Counted from the stretch's first letter, positions 42,037 to 53,008 are shown. The stretch is 64,000 nucleotides of DNA from Terriglobia bacterium (GCA_965206645.1 CBDBKE010000004.1:1952001-2016000); one strand, 5' to 3'. Notes: a model not told the origin generated them from the sequence alone. Program-made: numbers and translations.

Positions 42037-42687
42037 TCACAACCGCCGCTGCCCGACACAGAGGTAAATGGCGCCGGCGTAGAACTCCCGGTACAGGACC
42101 TCGTCCATGTGTCGCCTGACTGACACCCAGGGTGTTCGCTTGGCATAGTCAGGGCTCACTCCAAAGGGCCGTAGGAACCAGGCTCCGAAACGAACCATCC
42201 ACTCCGGCAGCCGTTCCGGTCGCTTCATCTCCAAGATCGCCAGGCGGCCCCCGGGACGCAACGCCTCCGCCACCCGCCGGATAGCTCCGTCGTAGTCATC
42301 CACCATGGTCATCGCGAAGGTGGATAACACGCCTCCGATGTTGCCCGGAAGCTCGTAGTCGGCCACGTCGGACTCCACCAGGTTGACATTCGCCCATCCC
42401 GCGGTCTCCACGCGATGCCGGGCTTCGCGCAGCATGGCATCGGTAAGGTCGACGCCAACGATGTGCCCCGCGGCGGTGACGGCGCGTTCCAACCACGGAA
42501 AGTTCCTTCCCGTGCTACATCCGAGGTCCACAACGGTGTCGCCTGGTGAAACACTCAGCGCCTCCACCGCACGGCGACGGTAAGTGCTCACGCGCGCGCC
42601 GGAGAGGCGAAAAAGTCCGACGAGCCGGTCGTAGTGGGGGGCGCGTCGGCGATAGAGCGCTCGCGTCTGAGACGGACTCAGCACCAT
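42037..42687 (-). CDS. Class I SAM-dependent methyltransferase
   Basis: VVDLGCSTG, IVGVDLTDAML, LRPGGRLAILE. Confidence 0.88.
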   Translation of the reverse strand: MVLSPSQTRALYRRRAPHYDRLVGLFRLSGARVSTYRRRAVEALSVSPGDTVVDLGCSTGRNFPWLERAVTAAGHIVGVDLTDAMLREARHRVETAGWANVNLVESDVADYELPGNIGGVLSTFAMTMVDDYDGAIRRVAEALRPGGRLAILEMKRPERLPEWMVRFGAWFLRPFGVSPDYAKRTPWVSVRRHMDEVLYREFYAGAIYLCVGQRRL

Positions 42688-42958
42688 GAGTTCCGGGTCC
42701 CTTCCCTGACGAACAGCAGACACGTGGCGGGTTCGTTCAGTCGGCGATCTTGCCCTCGGCTTGGCGCTCGTCCATGCCCCGACGCCTGCAACCGTTTGAC
42801 CGCCGCGTGTGTGTCGAGCATTGAGGCTATTCCACAAGTCGCAGCTGCGACGGCGGGATGCGAGGCGGCGAGGGCGAGACGACGAGCGCGCCCTGGCTGG
42901 CCTTTATCGGACGGCACCAGATAGGTCCTCTCCATCAAGGGTTCGCTGCTTACTCCTC

Positions 42959-43330
42959 TCAGATCAGGTCGTCAACATCGATGCCGAGCGCCTCGGCGAG
43001 GGCGGACAAGGTCCGGGCCGAGCCGGTGCGTCGGCCCCTCTCGATCTGCGACAGGTAGAGCGCGTTGATGCCAACGGAACTGGCCAGTTGCTTCTGGGTC
43101 ATGCCACGATGCTCACGGTACACCCTGACGGCTTTCTCTCCCGCCAGAAGGCGATCCGCCACCTCGATAGGAAAAGACTCTCCACCCACGGACTTGGCGT
43201 GATCGTAAAGCTCTTCGTCGCTCAGCCCCGCCTCGGCATCCATCATCGCCAAGCGTGCGTACTCCCGCCACGGGATCACGGCGAATGCCGGTTTCCCGCC
43301 ATCGTCGAGGATGACTTGCGGTTTAGTCAT
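42959..43330 (-). CDS. XRE HTH antitoxin
   Basis: GKPAFAVIPWREY, VYREHRGMTQKQLA..YLSQIERG. Confidence 0.9.
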   Translation of the reverse strand: MTKPQVILDDGGKPAFAVIPWREYARLAMMDAEAGLSDEELYDHAKSVGGESFPIEVADRLLAGEKAVRVYREHRGMTQKQLASSVGINALYLSQIERGRRTGSARTLSALAEALGIDVDDLI

Positions 43331-43611
43331 GGTGTCCCTCCTAACTCTTTGTAAACGTCGCCGCGTGGGCCGATGCGCAGCACGTCGATTTTTCGAGCTT
43401 CTTCGTCCCGCTCGAAAATGACCCGCCAGGGGCCAACCCGCAGCCGCAAGCCGGGGCGGCCCCGCAACGGCGTTACGTCAATGTCCCGCCGGCCGGGATT
43501 CTGGGCCAGTTTGTCCAGTTCACCGCGCACGCGGCGGGCATCCCGAGCTCGCATTCTTTGCAGGGTTTTGATGGCTTGCTTCCGGATCGTCAGCCGGTAC
43601 ATGGCATCCAC
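43327..43611 (-). CDS. RelE/ParE-family toxin
   Basis: LRGRPGLRLRVGPWRVIF, VLRIGPRGDVYK. Confidence 0.92.
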   Translation of the reverse strand: MDAMYRLTIRKQAIKTLQRMRARDARRVRGELDKLAQNPGRRDIDVTPLRGRPGLRLRVGPWRVIFERDEEARKIDVLRIGPRGDVYKELGGTP

Positions 43612-43768
43612 GCTCTGGACCGCATCATATATAGCTTAACGCTTTATTCGCGTCAAATCCTATCGCTTTAGGTGTATCAATGGAACGGAGTGCTGGCGGC
43701 CGCTGCCAGAACTACCAGCCAATGTCATGGTCACGGCTGCGCATTCTGCCTTGGATAAGGCTCTCAAT

Positions 43769-43899
43769 GGTACTGTCAAGTTGAGCAGAATCTGCCCGTT
43801 TTGCGGAAGGATTCTGCTGGATCAGAGACTGAGAATCAATGACTTAGCGGTGGCGGCGGGCGGCGAGAATGCCGCCAAACTGCTTAACTTGACAGTACC
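43769..43899. mobile_element. 131-bp IS6-ended MITE, copy 2
   Basis: GGTACTGTCAAGTT...AACTTGACAGTACC. Confidence 0.88.
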
Positions 43900-44124
43900 C
43901 CCTGAAACCCCTCGCGCGGTCCCGCGACCGGCGCGGGCAGGTGCCCCCCTACAGTGTCAAACGTGGGACGTGCCCCACCCCGCCGGGGTTACCTCGTACT
44001 CGTATAATGATTGCGTCGGGAAGTGGAATTGTCTGGTCTATGTGCCGCCTCCAACCCACCTGGCTGCTAATACTTTTTCAGACTGCAGGCATTCCCTGAA
44101 ACGGTAGGGGTTGCCTTGGGCTTG

Positions 44125-44255
44125 GGTACTGTCAAGTTGAGCAGAATCCGCCCGTTTTGCGGAAGGATTCTGCTGGATCAGAGACTGAGAATCAATGACT
44201 TAGCGGTGGCGGCGAGCGGCGAGAATGCCGCCAAACTGCTTAACTTGACAGTACC
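44125..44255. mobile_element. 131-bp IS6-ended MITE, copy 3
   Basis: Near-identical to copy 2, same orientation. Confidence 0.88.
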
Positions 44256-44553
44256 CTCGGCGAAACTTACCCACATCCATGGAGAAGTCGATCTCATTTT
44301 TTTCCAGCACTCGAACGTGATCGTAAAGCGCACGAAACAGACGTTCCTGCCACAGGAAGTAACCGTCCAGGCCCCAGAAAATCAGCACGGGAACCAACGC
44401 CACAGGTGCGAACTTAGGATGTCCCCCTCTTGCTAGCAGAACAAATAGTGCGGCCGCTAAGGCCACGCTCCAACCCTTCATCCGGAATGAATCAGCCGCG
44501 AGCTGGTTGACCACGCCTTGGATAAATTCGAGATGCTTGAACTTTGCCTCCAT
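44256..44553 (-). pseudogene. Small membrane protein (KHLEFIQ..MKGW..LDGYFL..ERLFR family), truncated
   Basis: Two hydrophobic segments; cut by MITE copy 3. Confidence 0.7.
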
Positions 44554-44637
44554 TGGATGACCTCGCCGATCGGTTTCAGTCCGTCTTTGCTCGGAAAGCC
44601 AGCTTGTCCCGTAGCGCGTCGGGAAGATCGTCTATCG

Positions 44638-44690
44638 ACCGCCTATGCCCGCTCGGACCTGTTCGAGCGGCGGCGCCGGCTGATGGACGA
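44638..44690 (+). pseudogene. P4-like integrase C-terminal scrap
   Basis: AYARSDLFERRRRLMD (compare AHARSDLLECRRRL at 35940). Confidence 0.65.
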
Positions 44691-45094
44691 GGGCGTCTGC
44701 CATAGAGACGATGTAACTAATTCTATATAAATAGCTTACAGCTGCATCGGTAAACGCTTCCCCTCATCGTATCCCTCGTTCGCAATCAGATGTCCGAGGG
44801 CGGTGAAGACCCTATGTGGACGGCTTGACATCGTGGACCGCAGAGACGACCACGCGCTGATCAGGCGCTGCGGGGCACCATCGCCACCCCCGCCGTTGTC
44901 ACCGAACGACGATCGAGCGGCGGCCAGCGACGCGTACGCGTGGCCGGCGGACAGAGGCACAAGAGAGCCGAACCGCCGCGCAGGACGTTCCTGTACTTCC
45001 TCTGACGTGCGGGCCTGCTCGCCGGCCGGCGCTGAGCAGGCCCGCTACCGTGGACGATGCTGGCACAGCGGAAACACTCCTCATACAGTGGCAG

Positions 45095-45120
45095 TGGTGG
45101 AGGCGCAGGGAGTCGAACCC
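45095..45120 (-). other. tmRNA/tRNA-like 3' end fragment (att remnant)
   Basis: Reverse strand GGGTTCGACTCCCTGCGCCTCCACCA (T-loop plus CCA end). Confidence 0.7.
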
Positions 45121-45550
45121 GTTCGCGCGTGTTTCGGTAACTGACTGACGACGCGTAGTTTGTGGTCTAACACGTTCGACGTCAAGCGTTTGTTGGCAGC
45201 CGTCGAGTCTACTGGGGTCCACGTGAGTCCCCTCGAATCGACCCGGGTCGTGGAGAAATAGTGGAAGAGGCGGGAACCTGTTCCCGATCCGCCTGGCGGC
45301 GGGTGCGGGTCCCGCCTCCTCCACAGGACACATACGGTGTTGTTGCCTGAAGACCCGCTGCGGCGAGCGCCGCACCAGCACGTCGCACTGGACCAGCTCG
45401 TTCTCCAGGCTTCCCTAGAAGAGTGATTCCGAGGCTACGGTGACGGTGCTCTGACGACACACGTCTTATAAGTTGTTGATGTTATTGACGATACTCTAAA
45501 TAGAGTTTGAATCTCTAGGTGTTGGGAATGTTGTATATATAATAAGCAGC

Positions 45551-47079
45551 GTGACACAGGCTGACCTGATACAAACGGCCCTGGCTACGCGCGGCCCGAT
45601 GCGATCGTCGCACCTCGCGGCCCATCTCACTGATACATATGGCCTCTCTCCTGATGCCGCCAAACAGCGTGTCTCACGGGCGTTGCCGCCTATCCGCAAG
45701 TTCCCTATCCGCCTCCTGCCGAAGAACGAGGCCTTTCTTTACCACCAGAACGACCGGAACTCGGAGAGGTTCTGGGATGCTCTTGTCCGCTCCCTGCGTG
45801 AATCCTCTTCGATTTACGGCTTGGCGCTTGACGGTCTGATAGCTCGGGGCGGACTAGCCCAGCGCCCGAGTTTCAATGTCGTGGCCGGCGCGCCCGAGGC
45901 GCAAAAAAGCAGGTGCCGCTGTCTGGCTTGCTGGACAATCTCGAAAACGCCGCCCTCGTCAAGCGGTTCGAGGTTGGCGAGATGGGCGAATGCGTCTGCC
46001 TTGATCCCCAGGTGTTCGACACTCCCGACCCGCACACGTTCCGCGCCCGCAAGATCGCCGAGGATGTGCTTATGGACGGCCTGCGCGAGTGGACGCGCAA
46101 GCTCGGGCTCGCCAGCTACAACGCCATTGAGATCCGAAACGCCGAACGGGCTCCGAAATTCAGCACGTTCCACTGGGATCTGTCCGGCCCCAGCTATCTG
46201 CTCCCCCTGGTGTCCGTCGGCCGCGATGGCCGCAAGCCTGGATTCTTCGTCGCCGACGTGTTCTGCAACGGCACGTTGGATGTGCAGAACATTCAGTATT
46301 TCCTGCGCAAGGTTCGCATGCTCAAAGCAATGCGTCGGGTTGTACCGTTCATGCCGGTTCTGCTTGCCGACCGTTATACGACGGAGGCCCTGCGGGCCGG
46401 CAAAGCGGCCGGCATCATAATGGCGACGACCCGCAATCTTTTCGGTGATGTGGTAGCCCAGGCCCTCAGCTCCCTGATTGATACGCTGACCCACGCTGCC
46501 GCAGTAGCCGCCAGCAACCCGGACCGTCTTATCGGTCTGCTCAAGGACCTCAGTGCGATTGAAGGCGCTGCGGGCAACTTGCGCGGCTCACTGTTCGAGA
46601 TGATCGTCGGCCATCTCGTCCGGGAAGTTGAAGGCAACACGATCGATATCGGAGAGATCGTCTATGACCCGGAGTCTGGCAAAGCCGCCGAAATCGACGT
46701 GCGGCGCATAAAGGAACGTCAGGAATGCTGGTTCTACGAATGCCGTGCCCGCCAACCCAACGCCCGGATCGGTGCGGATGAAATCTCCACCTGGATTGAG
46801 AAGGTCAACCGCGTCTGGCGATCCCACCGCGCCCAAGAGCGTTTTCAGAGTTGCCGGTTCGGCTTCGAGATTTGGACGACTGGCCACTTTGACGACAAGG
46901 CGCTGGCGCTTCTAGAGGAAGAGAAAGCAAAGCGCAAGCGTATAGAGATCGGCTGGCGCGACGGCGCCCATGTGCGGGATTATGCAAAACGGGCTTCGCG
47001 TAAGGCCATTCTCGACACGCTCGATGAGCATTATTTCAAGCATCCTCTGAGCGATGCGAAACAGGCCGCGTCTTGGTAG
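45551..47079 (+). pseudogene. ~509-aa protein with a C-terminal PD-(D/E)XK-like domain, split at an A6 run
   Basis: Frames join at CAAAAAAGCAG (45902-45912) if one A is added; GSLFE..AEIDV..FYECR. Confidence 0.65.
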
Positions 47080-47209
47080 TGTGCGTCTGCCTGCGCCATA
47101 GTCCGCGCCAAGCGCGCGAACCTTAATCGTCAGATTGCGGCGCTTGAGCGCGCGGTCGACAGGATGGAGAGCAAGAGGGTCCGACGGGCGGGTGCCGGCC
47201 GCACAGCAG

Positions 47210-48271
47210 GGCGTTGTTGCGTAATTCGCGCTCGCGGCGAACCGGGCCGAGAAGCTCATCCGCCTCAGTACACGCGCTCCGATCGTGGCATTCCAAGCTC
47301 CGCCATCCGGTTCAGCACAGCGCACTTGATCGCGGCTTCGACTTTTTGGTTCTTGACCGTGCGGGCCGAGAGGCTTACCCCGAGTATCGCCTTGTACCGT
47401 GAGACCGCATTCTCCGCCACGCTCTGGCGAGTGCAGCCACTCGACTTCCGCCACTCATAACGGCCCTGCGTCCTAATACGCCAGAGATGGGTATCACGCA
47501 TCGCACGCCACGGAGGCGGATGAGAGTCTCGGCTGCATCGTGCATTGCGTCGCGGCAAGATCGTCACGATAGCGTCGTGCTGGAGCACGGCCTCGTAGCA
47601 GGAACCCGTGTCGTAGGCCCGGTCTGCGGAGACTTGCCCGATCGAACCAGGAGTCTTAGACAGCAACGAAGAGAGCCTTCGGGCGTCGTGGACGTTGCTC
47701 GCAGTCAGGTCCATCGCAACGATCTCTTTCGTCGTCTCATCGACGCCTAGGTGGAGCTTTCGCCATGTCCTACGGCGGAGGGTTCGGTGTTTTCTGATGT
47801 GCCACTCACCGGCTCCGTAGATCTTCAGGCCCGTCGAATCGATGACGACATGTCGTGGTCGATCCGTGGGCCGCACACTCAGTCGGACGTCGACGGCGCT
47901 TTGCCTTCGGCTCACCGTGCTGTAGTTGGGCACTGGGAGGTCGAGAGCCATGAGCGCCACGATGGATTGAAGGAACCCTTGAGTGGTCCGTAGGTTGAGG
48001 TGAAACACCGAATTCAGGACCAGCGCACATTGGATCGCCGCATCTGCGTAGACCTTGGGCCGGCCTCGCCCTTCGAAGGGTCCTGGATGACGCCAGGCAG
48101 CGACTGCCTCCGTGTCGAACCACAGTGTCAGCTGCCCGCGTTTCACCAGAGCCCGGTTGTACTCCGGCCAGTTGCGAACCTTATATCGGAAGGTGTAGTC
48201 GCTTTTGCCCATCCCCTAGCCTATCAGGAGGGAGAGCGTTGGGGATGGAGCCAGATTTCTGCAACAACGCC
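47210..48271 (-). mobile_element. IS5-family (IS903-like) IS, intact transposase 47265..48212
   Basis: 1062 bp, IRs present, near-identical to the 36595 copy; no TSD. Confidence 0.95.
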
Positions 48272-48403
48272 CCGCGCGTGTGCTTTCGTGGCCAAGCCGG
48301 ACGGGCGTAAACGAACACCGCTACACGAACTCGAACGGAGAGAGGTGCTTGCAGCCTGGCGGAAGACTGAAAGGGCCACCGACCAAGCAATGGGTCTAAT
48401 CAG

Positions 48404-48534
48404 GGTACTGTCAAGTTAAGCAGTTTGGCGGCATTCTCGCCGCCCGCCGCCACCGCTAAGTCATTTATTCTCAGTCCCTTATACAGCAGAATCCTTCCGC
48501 AAAACGGGCAGATTTTGCTCAACTTGACAGTGCC
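48404..48534. mobile_element. 131-bp IS6-ended MITE, copy 4
   Basis: GGTACTGTCAAGTT...AACTTGACAGTGCC. Confidence 0.87.
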
Positions 48535-48754
48535 CGCCAGAGCGTGGCGGAGAATGCGGTCTCACGGTACAAGGCGATACTCGGGGTAAGCCTCTCGGCC
48601 CGCACGGTCAAGAACCAAAAAGTCGAAGCCGCGATCAAGTGCGCTGTGCTGAACCGGATGGCGGAGCTTGGAACGCCACGATCGGAGCGCGTGTACTGAG
48701 GCGGATGAGCTTCTCGGCCCGGTTCGCCGCGAGCGCGAATTACGCAACAACGCC
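48535..48754 (+). mobile_element. IS5 3' fragment
   Basis: RQSVAENAVSR... through the right IR; cut by the MITE. Confidence 0.9.
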
Positions 48755-48946
48755 GCTGCGCGGCGTGTGGGCCACCACCACATGACCCTCAAGGCGGCCC
48801 AGGGTGATGAATCGTGGTGCGCCGTAGTCGAAGCGGGTATCTTCGAACGTGACGCACGGCCCGGAGAACACGGTTTCTGCATCATCAAAGCTGAGGCCGT
48901 GCTTGGATAAGTTCTCTTGGCTCTTGGTTTCATCCCATTCATACAC
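48755..48946 (-). pseudogene. brnT: BrnT toxin, truncated
   Basis: YEWDETKSQENLSKHGLSFDDAETVF..RFITLG. Confidence 0.85.
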
Positions 48947-49100
48947 GGCCGAGGTCCATAACTACAGGTGTAACAACTAAGCCCGTCCGTTTGAAAGCTG
49001 TGCTCGGTTGCACCCAAAGTGGGTGTATATTTTCAATCGCCGGAAGGCCGAAAAGGAAATTCCGGCTCCAATGCCGACCATCCTCCCCTCGGCAAGCGAC

Positions 49101-51053
49101 ATGACTCGTGTCCTCGGCTGCAGCATCTTGCTCGCAACAGCCGCTGCCGCGCAGGTATACACGATTGAGACCATCGCGGGAGGTGGGGATGGAGTTGGCG
49201 ACGACGGTCCGGCTATCAGAGCCAAGTTGACAGAACCAACCGGCGTGGCGGTCGACGCCGCGGGCAACATCTACATTGCAGATCGGCACAATCACCGCGT
49301 ACGCAAGGTCGACACCTCAGGAACCATCAGCACCTTTGCGGGCACGGGGGTGGGCACGAGGGACTATGGTTTCAACGGGGATGGCGGACCAGCGGACCGC
49401 GCCTTGTTGGCTTTCCCTGAAGGGGTGGTTGTGGACGCCGTGGGCAACGTCTACATCGCAGATACGGACAACCATCGTATCCGCATGGTCGATGCCTCGG
49501 GCATCATTCATACTATCGCGGGCACGGGGGTGGGAGGCGCCACAAGGGAGGGCGGTTTGGCCGTCGAGTCTGATCTATTTAGGCCTCTCGATGTGGCGGT
49601 GGACGGTGCTGGCAATATATACATCGCGGACTTCACTCGCATCTTCAAGGTCGACATCTCGGGTATAATCCGCACTTTCGGGGGGACGGGACGGGCGGAA
49701 ACTGGCGCTAACGTCTTCGCCCCTCGCGGCGTGGCGGTAGACGCCGTCGGCAACGTCTACTTTACTAACCCTTCCTTACCCGGTATCCGCAAGGTTGACG
49801 TCTCGGGCGCCATTAGTACAGTCGTCGAATTGGTGGAAGAGGATAATCTTCCCCGAGGTCTGGCGGTCGACACCTCCGGAATCGTTTACTTCACGGACAT
49901 CATAAACTTTCGGGTTTACAAGGTCGACGCCTCGGGTGCCCTGACCACCATCGCCGGCCTGGGAGTGGGGGACTATAGCGGGGACGGCGGCCCGGCCACG
50001 AAAGTCAAATTGGAATTTCCTAGAAACGTGGCGGTGGACGGCACGGGGAACGTGTATATCCAAGACTTCTCCCGCATTCGCAAGGTTGATGTTTCGGGCA
50101 TCATTGACACTATCGCGGGCGGGGGTGAGAGAGACTCTAGTGGAAATAGCGGCCTGGCAGCCGGAACCTTTCTGGATAATCCTCGTGGACTGGCAGTGGA
50201 CGATGCAGGCAACATCTTCATCGCAGAATGGGGCAGACACCGCATCCGTAAGGTCGACACGTTGGGCGTCATCCACACCATCGCGGGCACGGGAGAGAGT
50301 GGTTTCGGCGGAGACGGCGGCCCGGCCACCAGCGCTCTGTTGGCTTTCCCCCTTGGGGTAGCAGTGGACGCAGCTGGGAATGTGTACATCGCAGACGCTT
50401 TGAACCACCGCATCCGCAGGATAGACATCTTGGGTGTCATCGAAACCATTGCAGGTTCGGGTGATGGGGTTAGCGAGGAGAATTTCAGAGGAGATTATGG
50501 GGGAGACGCAGGTCCGGCCACTAGCGCCTTGCTGGCTCGCCCAGATGACGTTGCAGTGGACGACATGGGCAATGTCTACATCGCGGACACGTTCAACCAC
50601 CGCATTTGCAAGGTTGATGCTTCGGGCATCATTGACACTATCGCGGGCACGGGAGAAAGAGGCTTTGGCGGAGACGGCGGTCCGGCCACCAGTGCTTTGT
50701 TGACTTTCCCTCAAGGAGTGGCGACGGACGGCGCGGGCAACATCTACATCGCAGATGCGGAGAACCACCGCATTCGTGTGGTCGATAGCACGGGTGTCAT
50801 TCGCACTATCGCGGGTACGGGAGAGGACGGGTTCGGCGGGGACGGCGGCCCGGCGGTTCAGGCCCAGTTAAACTACCCCCCTGGCGTGGCGCTGGACGAT
50901 GCGGGCAACGTCTACATCGCCGATACGCACAACCACCGGATCCGAATCCTGACGCCTGCCGGTGGTGAGCGAGCGCCACTGTTAGAAGAAATACGCGGTC
51001 TTCTTCGACTACGATCTGCGGTCCCGACACGCACGTTAGGAGGGAAAAAGTGA
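49101..51053 (+). CDS. Secreted NHL-repeat (beta-propeller) protein
   Basis: Signal peptide ..AAAAQ; about 11 PxGVAVDxxGNxYIADxxNHRIR repeats with GDGGPA linkers. Confidence 0.93.
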   Translation: MTRVLGCSILLATAAAAQVYTIETIAGGGDGVGDDGPAIRAKLTEPTGVAVDAAGNIYIADRHNHRVRKVDTSGTISTFAGTGVGTRDYGFNGDGGPADRALLAFPEGVVVDAVGNVYIADTDNHRIRMVDASGIIHTIAGTGVGGATREGGLAVESDLFRPLDVAVDGAGNIYIADFTRIFKVDISGIIRTFGGTGRAETGANVFAPRGVAVDAVGNVYFTNPSLPGIRKVDVSGAISTVVELVEEDNLPRGLAVDTSGIVYFTDIINFRVYKVDASGALTTIAGLGVGDYSGDGGPATKVKLEFPRNVAVDGTGNVYIQDFSRIRKVDVSGIIDTIAGGGERDSSGNSGLAAGTFLDNPRGLAVDDAGNIFIAEWGRHRIRKVDTLGVIHTIAGTGESGFGGDGGPATSALLAFPLGVAVDAAGNVYIADALNHRIRRIDILGVIETIAGSGDGVSEENFRGDYGGDAGPATSALLARPDDVAVDDMGNVYIADTFNHRICKVDASGIIDTIAGTGERGFGGDGGPATSALLTFPQGVATDGAGNIYIADAENHRIRVVDSTGVIRTIAGTGEDGFGGDGGPAVQAQLNYPPGVALDDAGNVYIADTHNHRIRILTPAGGERAPLLEEIRGLLRLRSAVPTRTLGGKK

Positions 51054-51151
51054 TGAACTCCGCAAGAGCAAAGCCCTCGGGGACGGTTGTAGTTGAACGC
51101 GGTCCGGTCAGCCTGGCCGTAGATTCAAAAAGAAGAGGAGGATGGAGAGGA

Positions 51152-52612
51152 ATGTTCAAATTCAATCTGTTTGCGGCCATGCTATGTCTGTTAACCCTAA
51201 ACTTGATGGCGCAAACCGTGCCGCGGCCCGCAGGTCCCTACTTCGAGCCACTCCTGGATTGGCAATACAGAGCAGGAATATCGAAGCGCGACATCGTGAT
51301 CGCCCCCGGCGACAGCATCATTCCCCAGATTGCAAACAGTGGGACCCCGCAAAACGGGGGATTCTTTATGATCTTCCAGGCCAGTAATGTCTCGACGACC
51401 ATGGCGACGTTCCAAGTGGACTTCTTCGACCCGAACGGGGAATCCATGAACATGCCACTCGCAACAAGTCCCGATGACCTGACTGGCACACCTGCCCGTG
51501 GATTTCAGGGGGCCCTCTCCCCGGGCGGTTACGGTGCGCAAGTTACGATTCCAGACGGCTCTCCCACGGCCATTGGTTATGCCGTGGTGACCATGAATCC
51601 GGCCAAATCGGTTGCAGTCAACGCGACGTTCTTGCAGTTAGTTCCAGGGCGCCCGCTGTTTATGGCCGGCGTGCCACTGTCGAACGTCCTTCACAAGACG
51701 GCATTCATGCCGTACCTATCAGGGGCTGGGTTCACTCCCACCCTGGCTTTGGTGTCGCTGCAGTCTCAGGATGTGACACTGATTGCGCGCACCGGCTTTG
51801 GCGGGGCCGAACTCTGTAGAGCCACAATGAACTTCGGTGCTGGGCATCACCGACCGTTCCTGTTAAGGGACGTTCTTTCCTGTACGTCTGCGTCGGAGGG
51901 AACGCTTGAAATTCGCGGAGATCCTCTGTTGCCTGGCTCCATAGCAGGGATTGGCTTTGAAGCGCATGACGAAGGAGCGTTTGTGACCCAGCCGATCTGG
52001 ACGAGCTTGGCGCGAGTTACGGGCGAGATGTTCGCTCCGGCAGACGAAGCTGCGTTCAACGATCTCTCCGTTGGTAAACGGGTGGCGACGAACTACCCGA
52101 CAGTCTATGTGGATTTTGTCAGTCCCGGGCGTTTCAGGGAAACCGAGGGCGCGGACACCTATACGGGAAGCTATACCTATCGGAACACAGGTTCGAATAC
52201 GGGAACGTTAACGTTTAACTACGATGACGGCGATCGCTGTACGGCCAGCCTTACGTTTGATTCGACGACCTCGGGCACCGCAACCTCCACGTGCGACGAC
52301 GGATCGAGCGTAGAATACGACTGGCGGTTGATTGATATTCCCACCGGCGGAGACGATACAGCCGAAACACGGTACAACGTGGGTGACGTGATCACCACCT
52401 TGCCCACCGGAACCTGGTTTCCTGACCGGCTCAGCGGCAGCGTCGGGTTCAGGTTCGTAGACGGCAAGGCGGACATCCGCTTCGGCAACGGCGGGCTTAT
52501 CGAAGAGAATGGCTACAGATACATGTGCGAGAATGCCGGAGGTTGCCACGTCAATGACCGGGAGGTAAAAGCCAGGACGATTGTGGAAACCTCAACAGAG
52601 AACAACAACTGA
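51152..52612 (+). CDS. Secreted hypothetical multidomain protein
   Basis: MFKFNLFAAMLCLLTLNLMAQ signal peptide after a purine-rich SD; IPQIANSG domain; Cys-containing C-terminal modules. Confidence 0.8.
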   Translation: MFKFNLFAAMLCLLTLNLMAQTVPRPAGPYFEPLLDWQYRAGISKRDIVIAPGDSIIPQIANSGTPQNGGFFMIFQASNVSTTMATFQVDFFDPNGESMNMPLATSPDDLTGTPARGFQGALSPGGYGAQVTIPDGSPTAIGYAVVTMNPAKSVAVNATFLQLVPGRPLFMAGVPLSNVLHKTAFMPYLSGAGFTPTLALVSLQSQDVTLIARTGFGGAELCRATMNFGAGHHRPFLLRDVLSCTSASEGTLEIRGDPLLPGSIAGIGFEAHDEGAFVTQPIWTSLARVTGEMFAPADEAAFNDLSVGKRVATNYPTVYVDFVSPGRFRETEGADTYTGSYTYRNTGSNTGTLTFNYDDGDRCTASLTFDSTTSGTATSTCDDGSSVEYDWRLIDIPTGGDDTAETRYNVGDVITTLPTGTWFPDRLSGSVGFRFVDGKADIRFGNGGLIEENGYRYMCENAGGCHVNDREVKARTIVETSTENNN

Positions 52613-53008
52613 CAGGCTCTATGTGCTCGATTCGCAGCACAAGGTCCACACGTATTGGACCTTAGGACAGCGCGATCCGGCTTTTGACTTCGACCTGGAC
52701 GCCGAGATTGTACTTGCTGACGGGCTCAATCCTACTACTTTCTTCTCCGGGGACTAGAGTTTTAGAGTGGAGGTCCCCGAGGGGGCGGCAGCGCTCAGCG
52801 CCAATCTGGACGAACATGGCGCGAGTTCTAGAGTAGCGCATCGCCTTTTTGTGACGAAACGTGGCCTTGTCTGGCAATTCCGGCGATGTAGGGTGCCGCC
52901 CGGATTGCTGCAACAATATCTTTTCAGGACGATGAGCCTGTGACTGCGGCTAGGAAGAAAAACATGCTACTCGGAAAGCTTGACGAATCCGCCGGCAGGG
53001 TGAGTTCC

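Noticed and set aside
49101-50950. DNA repeats in the NHL gene as a CRISPR- or DGR-like array
   Set aside because: They are in-frame protein repeats; no reverse transcriptase or adenine-specific variation was seen.
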